DNA from: Deinococcales bacterium
GTDB lineage: Bacteria; Deinococcota; Deinococci; Deinococcales; JAAFIG01
Reading direction: 5' to 3'
Length of the DNA stretch: 64,000 nt
Assembly: GCA_043778225.1 (NCBI GenBank)
Contig: JAYWGM010000028.1
Span: 1 to 64,000 of the forward strand
Every line of letters starts with the position of its first letter. The first letter of the stretch is position 1. Under the pieces are notes generated by a model. The model saw nothing but the letters and a program-made list of their open reading frames with translations, was not told where the DNA came from and did not search any database. Below, one piece after another: positions 39,883-46,360 of the stretch. The translations under genes and the position numbers were made by a program.

Positions 39883-40367
39883 ATCTAGCATCCGATACAA
39901 CCCAACCCAATGTGCTTTCCCACAATGGCAAACCTAAGTTGCTTGGTTTTGTCTGTGAATGGAGCTTAGGACGAACTGACCACATCCATGAGGACGGCAC
40001 AGTCAAAGGCATGGAACACATCAAAACCCTGAAAATTCCGTGCAGTGGCTTTGTCAAAACCGAATGGGTGACAGTGGCTTTTGAAAACGGCGCTCAAGGT
40101 GTTTTTGTGCTTGGTTGCCCACTGGGCGATTGCCACTTTAACGAAGGTAATTTTATTATCAATGGGCGGCTCGAGCAACACACCGGACGGATGGTCAATC
40201 GTAAAATTATTGATGATTCTGGGCGGGTTGCCGAATTGTACTTGGGTGTGACTGGCAACAATGATTTCTTTGGTCAACTCGAGGACTTTACTAAGTACAT
40301 TGCTGCCATGCCACCGCTTGTCGTGGCAGCTAAAAAACCACGGGCGGCAGCTGCCAAAAAGGAGTAA
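39879..40367 (+). CDS. MvhD/FlpD-like [2Fe-2S] protein
   Basis: GFVCEW, IPCSG, GCPLGDCHFNEGN cysteine pattern of the MvhD family. Confidence 0.85.
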   Translation: MNLASDTTQPNVLSHNGKPKLLGFVCEWSLGRTDHIHEDGTVKGMEHIKTLKIPCSGFVKTEWVTVAFENGAQGVFVLGCPLGDCHFNEGNFIINGRLEQHTGRMVNRKIIDDSGRVAELYLGVTGNNDFFGQLEDFTKYIAAMPPLVVAAKKPRAAAAKKE

Positions 40368-40371
40368 GCAC

Positions 40372-40575
40372 ATGGAAGAGGCAACCCTAAACAATAAAAT
40401 CCTCGAGACCAGTGGTGAATCTGGTTTGGCGGTGCGTCCAGAACTTGAGCAAGTCGCAAGTACAGAAAAAGACTCCCGAGGTGTTGGTTACATTATGAAT
40501 TGGGTCAGCCTAATTTTGTTGTTTGTGATTTCGATGATTGCGATTGCTTGGTTTGGACCTTTTAGCGAAGTTTAA
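40372..40575 (+). CDS. Small C-terminal-TM protein ending the respiratory operon
   Basis: AAGGAG RBS; single TM helix. Confidence 0.6.
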   Translation: MEEATLNNKILETSGESGLAVRPELEQVASTEKDSRGVGYIMNWVSLILLFVISMIAIAWFGPFSEV

Positions 40576-40658
40576 TAACCTCTTCCAAAGGTCTGTAAAA
40601 AAGCTCACAAAAAACGTTAAACTATAGGGCGACTCGACAATGGGTCGCCCCAAACGTT

Positions 40659-41465
40659 ATGGCACGCTCAATTGCACAACCAGAACCGCTCGAGCCATCC
40701 AACGCGATGGGCAGTTCGCACATGAGCCAAATTGAAGTGGTCTCGATTAGTTCGTATATTCGACTCGAGAAAGGGCGATGGAAAGGAAAACCGGTTTTGG
40801 TTAAACGCCTAAAAACCTCGGTACTGAATCATCACGAGATTCTTGAGCGCTTTGAACGCGAAGCTGACGTTCTCGAGCGCCTTGACCACCCCAATATCCC
40901 AGCCCTGATTCACCGCGAAAAAGGGTTGCTGATGCGCCAATATATCGAGGGCAACACGCTCTATCATTATCTGAGTCAAGCCACCATAGACTTGAAATCC
41001 ACGCTACATATTGCCAGAGGTTTACTCTCGGCGCTGGTGCATTCTCATGTCCGCGAGATTTTGCATCTCGATGTCAAACCTGCCAATATCCTGCTCAGTG
41101 CTGACCGACGGGTGCATTTGATTGATTTTGGCTGTGCCAAAGACCTGACTTTGGACAGCATTACCCACCAAGAAGCCCGACTTGGCACACCGCATTACAT
41201 GGCACCAGAACAATTTAAGGGCATCCGCGATGACCAACGCAGCGATATTTACAGTGTTGGGGCAGTGATGTACGAATGCCTGATGGGGCAGCCACCGCAC
41301 AAAGACCCTTTTGCTTGGTTATCTGGGCGTGGGGCATTGCCCAAAGCCATGCCCACCAATAAACCGCTTGCCACCATAATCCTCAAAGCCATTCAGCGTA
41401 ACCCAGACAACCGTTATGAAGAAGCGCTCGATATGCTCGAGGCGCTAGAAGCCATCGAGGACTGA
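40659..41465 (+). CDS. Hanks-type Ser/Thr protein kinase
   Basis: RFERE, HLDVKPAN, DFG, GTPHYMAPE, SDIYSVG motifs. Confidence 0.9.
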   Translation: MARSIAQPEPLEPSNAMGSSHMSQIEVVSISSYIRLEKGRWKGKPVLVKRLKTSVLNHHEILERFEREADVLERLDHPNIPALIHREKGLLMRQYIEGNTLYHYLSQATIDLKSTLHIARGLLSALVHSHVREILHLDVKPANILLSADRRVHLIDFGCAKDLTLDSITHQEARLGTPHYMAPEQFKGIRDDQRSDIYSVGAVMYECLMGQPPHKDPFAWLSGRGALPKAMPTNKPLATIILKAIQRNPDNRYEEALDMLEALEAIED

Positions 41466-42370
41466 TGAAACGACTTGCACTTTGTGTCACTTTACTGGCT
41501 GGTATTGCCGTTTCGCAGCCCACCTCTCCCCTACCAAGCGGCGCAGTGCTTATTTCGAGCAAAAGTATATTGGGAATTCTCGAGCAAGATTTATGGTACA
41601 AAAGTGGCACTCTAAAAATTCGCGGCAGATTATTTTTGCCCAGTGGCGCATCTCGAGTGGCTGGCGTTGTCTATAACCACGGTGGAATTAGTGGCTTATC
41701 AAATCTAGCCGCTACACGCTGCCGCGAATTGGCTATGGCTGGCTTTGCAGTTTTTGCCTCGAGTTACCGTGGTGAAGATGGTTCGGATGGTCGGATTGAA
41801 GTTGCCAAGGGCGAAGTGGATGATGTCTTGGCGGGTTACAACTGGTTCAAAACCCATCCTCGAGTTGACCCAAAACGGATTGCCCAATTTGGCACAAGTC
41901 ATGGCGCATTAATTGGCTTACTTGGCAGTGCCAGAGACTCGAGTTTTCGCAGTTTGGTCTTTGCGTATGGTGTGGCGGACATTAGCGCTTGGTATGAGCA
42001 TTTGGTACGCACCAACCAACTGAGCAACGACCAACTGACCAAAGATATTTATGGCAAAGGACCGACCGATAAACCGCAAAGTTTTGCGATTCGCATGGGC
42101 TTGACCGCCGTGCCAAAATTATCTGCCTCCATGCCAGTGTTGATTGTTCAGGGCGGCAAGGATGTAGTTGTGCCACCCGAACAAGCCAATGCCTTACAAG
42201 CTGCACTCGAGACACACCGAAAACCAAGTATCTTAAATATATATCCAAACAGCGAACATGGCTTTGTGATTACCCAAGAAGCGGCAGCTAAAAAAAGTAA
42301 AATCGCGGGACTCGAGGCAAAGCAAGCATGGACGGATATTAAAAAGTTTTTGCTCGAGACGACAAGATAA
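41465..42370 (+). CDS. Exported S9-like alpha/beta hydrolase
   Basis: Signal peptide, HGG, GTSHG nucleophile, D.VVP, HGF. Confidence 0.8.
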   Translation: MKRLALCVTLLAGIAVSQPTSPLPSGAVLISSKSILGILEQDLWYKSGTLKIRGRLFLPSGASRVAGVVYNHGGISGLSNLAATRCRELAMAGFAVFASSYRGEDGSDGRIEVAKGEVDDVLAGYNWFKTHPRVDPKRIAQFGTSHGALIGLLGSARDSSFRSLVFAYGVADISAWYEHLVRTNQLSNDQLTKDIYGKGPTDKPQSFAIRMGLTAVPKLSASMPVLIVQGGKDVVVPPEQANALQAALETHRKPSILNIYPNSEHGFVITQEAAAKKSKIAGLEAKQAWTDIKKFLLETTR

Positions 42371-42378
42371 GGGGGAAA

Positions 42379-42888
42379 ATGTACAGCAAATCCGACTCTG
42401 TATTTGGAAAGCTTGAACGACACGGACAAACTTGGGTTGGTAGTTATTGGTTTGACGTTTTAGAAAAAGACATCGAAATCAATTTAGACTACAGCGACGA
42501 AAATTCTCCGAGCAAACAAGAAAGAGAAAGTTTTTTGAGCTTCAAAGCTCAAATTGACAAGATATTTTTGGCAATCCAAAAAGCCTTATTTCATTTTCTG
42601 ATAGAGAACACTGAACATTATCGGCAGCAGCACGACATAGAAGACCAAGAAATTGTTGTTCCAGAAATAAAAAACATCGCCGAAATTTGGGAAAGCCTCG
42701 AGATTATTCGCATAGAAATTGACTCCCATAATTATCAAAACACTTGTATCACCATGATTTGCGATTTCAAATGGGATGCAGAACATGGACTTGATATTGA
42801 CTTCTATAACAATCAAATTGGCATTTCAGGTGGCGGCGTACATTGGGATGATAAAGCGCACTACGACTCTGACGGTAATCCAAATTAA
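42379..42888 (+). CDS. Acidic hypothetical protein (immunity-protein-like)
   Basis: CDFKWDAEHGL motif; AT-richer than neighbours. Confidence 0.55.
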   Translation: MYSKSDSVFGKLERHGQTWVGSYWFDVLEKDIEINLDYSDENSPSKQERESFLSFKAQIDKIFLAIQKALFHFLIENTEHYRQQHDIEDQEIVVPEIKNIAEIWESLEIIRIEIDSHNYQNTCITMICDFKWDAEHGLDIDFYNNQIGISGGGVHWDDKAHYDSDGNPN

Positions 42889-42955
42889 CGAAGCATAGCA
42901 ATCACTCCACACTCGAGAAGGTGCGTTCTGATGTAGCTATCAATACAACACTTTT

Positions 42956-42997
42956 ATTACTTAGTCGGCTAAGTTATTAGTTAGCCGACTAAGTAAT
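42956..42997. promoter_or_regulatory. Probable MarR operator pair
   Basis: Perfect 17-bp inverted repeat ATTACTTAGTCGGCTAA-N8-TTAGCCGACTAAGTAAT; each half contains TTAG-N4-CTAA. Confidence 0.7.
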
Positions 42998-43017
42998 TTG
43001 GCAAAGGAGAAAAAATC

Positions 43018-43428
43018 ATGACCCAATCCAATCCAACACCCAACATTTGGATACTTTCGCTCATCGGTGGCATCATCGCAGCCGTCCTGAACACCGTTAT
43101 TGCACTGATTGCTCCAAGCATCCTCGGGCAAGACATTCTTATCCCAAACCGCAGCACCAACATCCTCGAGCCATTGCCACTTTTTGCGGTGATTGCCGCC
43201 AGCTTAGTTCCAGCTTTTGCAGCCGCCGCCGTGCTGCTTGGCTTGCAAAAATTTACAAAGAACCCCATCGGTATTTTCCAGATTACAGCCATTATACTGA
43301 CCGTTTTATCGCTGTTTCCATTGGCTACGCTGAACATCAGTCTTGGCATAAAAATCGCCCTTGGTTTAATGCACATTGTCGCTGCTGCGAGCATCGTCGG
43401 GACATTAACTCGACCCAAAGCAGCCTAG
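43018..43428 (+). CDS. Four-TM membrane protein (DUF6069-like)
   Basis: Four hydrophobic helices, LGLMHIVAA; AAGGAG RBS. Confidence 0.65.
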   Translation: MTQSNPTPNIWILSLIGGIIAAVLNTVIALIAPSILGQDILIPNRSTNILEPLPLFAVIAASLVPAFAAAAVLLGLQKFTKNPIGIFQITAIILTVLSLFPLATLNISLGIKIALGLMHIVAAASIVGTLTRPKAA

Positions 43429-43437
43429 ACTACAAGT

Positions 43438-43890
43438 GTGCAACACAGCAACCTTGGCTATGGCATTGTGCAACTCTGTCGCGCCCATCGCGCCCTAGCA
43501 GGGGGGTTGCTCAGTACACTTGGATTGCACCCAGGACAAGAAATTATTCTGATGCAACTCTGGCAACAAGACGGACTGAACCAGACCCAACTGACTCAAC
43601 TCCTCAACGTCCAAGCGCCTACCGTCAGCAAAATGCTCCAACGCCTCGAGCAAACTGGCATTCTTGAACGCCGCCCTTCGAGCCTTGACCACCGCATCAT
43701 GCAAGTCTGGCTGACCCAAAGTGGAAAAGACCTCGAATCAAAAGTGGCTGCCATCTGGACAGAACTCGAGACCCGAACCACCGAGCATTTAAGCCATGAA
43801 GAACGCACTGTGTTTGAAGCAACCTTGAGTAAAATTGTTGTGGGTTTGCGCCAACCAAACTTTGGCTGTTCTGAAACGATCCAAGAATAG
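43438..43890 (+). CDS. MarR-family transcriptional regulator
   Basis: GLHPGQ, TVSKMLQRLE..G, D.R...V.LT..G. Confidence 0.9.
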   Translation: MQHSNLGYGIVQLCRAHRALAGGLLSTLGLHPGQEIILMQLWQQDGLNQTQLTQLLNVQAPTVSKMLQRLEQTGILERRPSSLDHRIMQVWLTQSGKDLESKVAAIWTELETRTTEHLSHEERTVFEATLSKIVVGLRQPNFGCSETIQE

Positions 43891-43949
43891 TTGGTGCAGG
43901 GCTTTTTTTCGCTCGAGTTGGTGGGCAAGAAGCAGCAAATTTGGGTTTC

Positions 43950-45464
43950 TTATTTGCGGATTCGCACCAAGTCGTTGAGGACTCCATCCAGACCATTGGT
44001 GACTGTTAGCGTTTGCACTTTTTCGATGATTCGCTCGAGTGCCTCGAGTTCTTTGAGGCGCAATGCCACAGGGTTGTCTTCCATCACTTTGGCAGTATTT
44101 AACAAATTTCGCGTGGCAGCCGTTTCTTCACGGCGACGAATCAAGTTGGCTTGGGCAGATTTTTCGGCTTCGACCACTTTGCTTAAAATGGTTTTCATTT
44201 CGCCTGGCAAAATAATGTCTTTGATACCGACATTCTCGAGTTGCAAACCCAGATTCTCGAGTTTAGAACGCACAATTGCTGCAATATCCAAATCCAGTGC
44301 GGTTTTATCCTCGAGTAAGCTGTCTAAGGTGCGTGTGCCGATGACACCACGCAAAGCAAATTGCAATTCTTTATACAAAAATGCCACAAAATCGGTCAGT
44401 TGGGCAAAGGCTTTGAGTGGCTCGAGAACACGGTAGCCAGCCGCGAGGTTAATCCGCAGCGCAACTTTATCCTTGGTCAGAATTTCTTGCCCGCTGACTT
44501 CGAGGGTTTGTAAACGCAAATCGGTGGCAGCCACCCGAACACTGCGACCTGTTTTCCAAAAGGTGTGCAGTCCGACTTCTAAGGCAGACTCGAGTTTGCC
44601 ATCCAAAAACAGCGCACCTTGGTGATATTCTGGCACAAGCGCATACTCAATCAGTGGCTCAAGCGGCGTGCCTTTGGCAGCTTTGGCAAGCGCAAGCGGC
44701 ACGTTCAGGTTAGCGGTCTCGAGCATTTCAACTCGAGTAGCCGCATCGAGCATCAAAAGCGTATTGCTGTTGGGCGCAAAAACCGCCACAATTGCCGCAC
44801 TGCGGCGAACGATGGCAATTTCAGTATCGCCCAATTCAAGTCGGGTCAATTGCACCAACCACGCTGGATTGGCTGCCAAAATCGCTTCGGCAAGCGGCTT
44901 TGGCAGTGGCATCGCCACACCTTGTAGCGCCACTACAATTTCCTCGAGTCCACGCCAGTAAATACGGCGCTGCCCACTTTGCACCAAGTCTTGTACCACT
45001 CCGCCGCGAGTCACGACTGCAAATTGCAAGGCAGCAGGGGCAACTTCGACAAAAAATTTATTCAGCACAACTTTATTTCGCACTTGTGCCAAACGCATTC
45101 CAGCCTCGATCATCAAGCCATGTTCGATTTTGAATAGCTCAATTTGCATGGCAGCAAAACCTTTCCAGTACAAAACTTGGCTGTTTGGCGCAACCACCTC
45201 AAGAATTTCATCGCCTCGAGAAACCAGTGCCACTTCAAGTGCGCCCGTTTGCACCACCGCAAAGTGCTTGTTGACCACATCGGAACGCCGCTCGAGTAAA
45301 AAATTGGTCAGTTCGTGTTCAAATCGAGTCTCGAGGGCAAAACGCTGGACAGCATAACCTGTGCCATAAACTGTATTCGCACCAGCCTCGAGAATCCGAA
45401 CAAAACGCCCATGACGGGTCAGAATACCTTTTTCCGTGTCTTTAATCGCAAAATTTTGAATCAT
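43950..45464 (-). CDS. Slipin-family SPFH/band-7 protein with repeated N-terminal beta domains
   Basis: DLR...EVSGQEILTKDKV.LRIN, QFALR, KDIILPGEMK, RREETAATR, LRLKELE; GAGG RBS before ATG 45464. Confidence 0.88.
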   Translation of the reverse strand: MIQNFAIKDTEKGILTRHGRFVRILEAGANTVYGTGYAVQRFALETRFEHELTNFLLERRSDVVNKHFAVVQTGALEVALVSRGDEILEVVAPNSQVLYWKGFAAMQIELFKIEHGLMIEAGMRLAQVRNKVVLNKFFVEVAPAALQFAVVTRGGVVQDLVQSGQRRIYWRGLEEIVVALQGVAMPLPKPLAEAILAANPAWLVQLTRLELGDTEIAIVRRSAAIVAVFAPNSNTLLMLDAATRVEMLETANLNVPLALAKAAKGTPLEPLIEYALVPEYHQGALFLDGKLESALEVGLHTFWKTGRSVRVAATDLRLQTLEVSGQEILTKDKVALRINLAAGYRVLEPLKAFAQLTDFVAFLYKELQFALRGVIGTRTLDSLLEDKTALDLDIAAIVRSKLENLGLQLENVGIKDIILPGEMKTILSKVVEAEKSAQANLIRRREETAATRNLLNTAKVMEDNPVALRLKELEALERIIEKVQTLTVTNGLDGVLNDLVRIRK

Positions 45465-45483
45465 ATAAAACCTCTGGGGTGAA

Positions 45484-45560
45484 AGCGACCATGCCCGATA
45501 GCGACCCAGCCCGTCAGGTGCATCTTTAGGGTCAAGAAGGTGCGTGCTTATGGTCAAGAA
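45484..45560 (-). ncRNA. Two nested copies of a ~38-nt structured RNA element in the slipin leader
   Basis: Outer TCTTGACCAT...GCACCT[inner TCTTGACCCT...GGTCGCT]ATCGGGCATGGTCGCT; the inner copy is 35/40 identical to 45892-45930. Confidence 0.7.
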
Positions 45561-45562
45561 AG

Positions 45563-45590
45563 GGTTAAAAGGTTAAAAGGTTAAAAGTTA
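45563..45590. repeat. (GGTTAAAA)3 short tandem repeat
   Basis: Direct reading; a related (ACCTTTTT)3 lies at 30233-30256. Confidence 0.7.
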
Positions 45591-45850
45591 AGGGCAGAAC
45601 AGTTACTTTTTCCCTTTTTCTTCTTGCCAACCTTATCTCGAGTATTTCGAGTTTCGCATGAGCTTTTGGGCGCGTGTTCACTGGCTTGAAGGCGGCTCGA
45701 GCCGACGTTCACTCGAGGGTGGCGGTTCAGGTGGGCGAATCGGTGCTTTGTGCCGATAGGAGACTCGAGGCTTTTGGCTGTACACCCTTAAAGGGCAAGC
45801 AACTCGAGACAAAGCTGGTGGTGCTTGGGTCAACGATTTTGCTTATCGTT

Positions 45851-45960
45851 TGGTGATTTATGGGAGTCGAACCCATTACCGTCAGTTTATAAGCGACCCT
45901 GCCCGCGAGGTGCGTCTTAGGGTCAAGAAGACTGATGCTCTAACCAGTTGAGCTAAAACC
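45851..45960 (-). ncRNA. tRNA-like RNA A with 44-nt anticodon loop
   Basis: D arm AGCTCAACTGGTTAGAGC, stem TCAGT/ACTGA, T arm ATGGG-TTCGACT-CCCAT, short 5-bp acceptor, A-CCA end. Confidence 0.8.
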
Positions 45961-45961
45961 T

Positions 45962-46066
45962 TGGTAAAAGATGCAGGATTTGAACCTGCTTGCCCGTTTG
46001 GGCGCTCGAACAGTCGTTTGTGCGACTGCAACCCGAGTGCGTTTATCCAGTATCCGCCAATCTTTT
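45962..46066 (-). ncRNA. tRNA-like RNA B (Leu-like, long variable arm, no canonical anticodon loop)
   Basis: AAAAGAT/ATCTTTT acceptor + ACCA, GCAGG-TTCAAAT-CCTGC T arm, GCCC-AAAC-GGGC variable arm, CAGTCG/CGACTG extension. Confidence 0.8.
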
Positions 46067-46067
46067 G

Positions 46068-46150
46068 TTTGATGAAAGGAATCGAACCTTTGACCTCTCG
46101 AGTGGTCAGTCAAATGACCAGCCAAGCGCTCTACCCCTGAGCCACATCAA
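46068..46150 (-). ncRNA. tRNA-like RNA C with extended anticodon stem
   Basis: TTGATG/CATCAA acceptor, GCTCAGGGGTAGAGC D arm, AAAGG-TTCGATT-CCTTT T arm, TGGTCA/TGACCA extension; no CCA. Confidence 0.75.
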
Positions 46151-46360
46151 TTTATCTTTGTGCGATATGCAAGGTAAGCAGGGCTTATTTGCATCAGCGA
46201 GGCTATGCAAACCTCTGACCACGGCACGTGATGCAAAAAGTGTACTCGAGAAGTCAAAAAAGTCCATGACTGATTTGGCTTACGCCAATGTGCCAATCGT
46301 CACGTTTAGCAAGCTGGTTTTTTCACGTCTGACAGAGGTAGTATACCGTATACTCGAGCC

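Noticed and set aside
43047..43667. 206-aa alternative-frame ORF
   Set aside because: Overlaps two well-supported genes; composition is atypical
45465..45557. 31-aa N-terminal extension of slipin in the ORF track
   Set aside because: Region is the nested RNA element; RBS and family start point to ATG 45464
45851..46150. Ordinary decoding tRNA genes
   Set aside because: None has a 7-nt anticodon loop as encoded, and acceptor stems of A and C are short
46206..46221. Sigma-54 promoter TGGTCAG-N4-TTGCA for the array
   Set aside because: Spacing fits but the -24 match is weak, no activator is in the window, and sigma-54 is not typical of the inferred phylum
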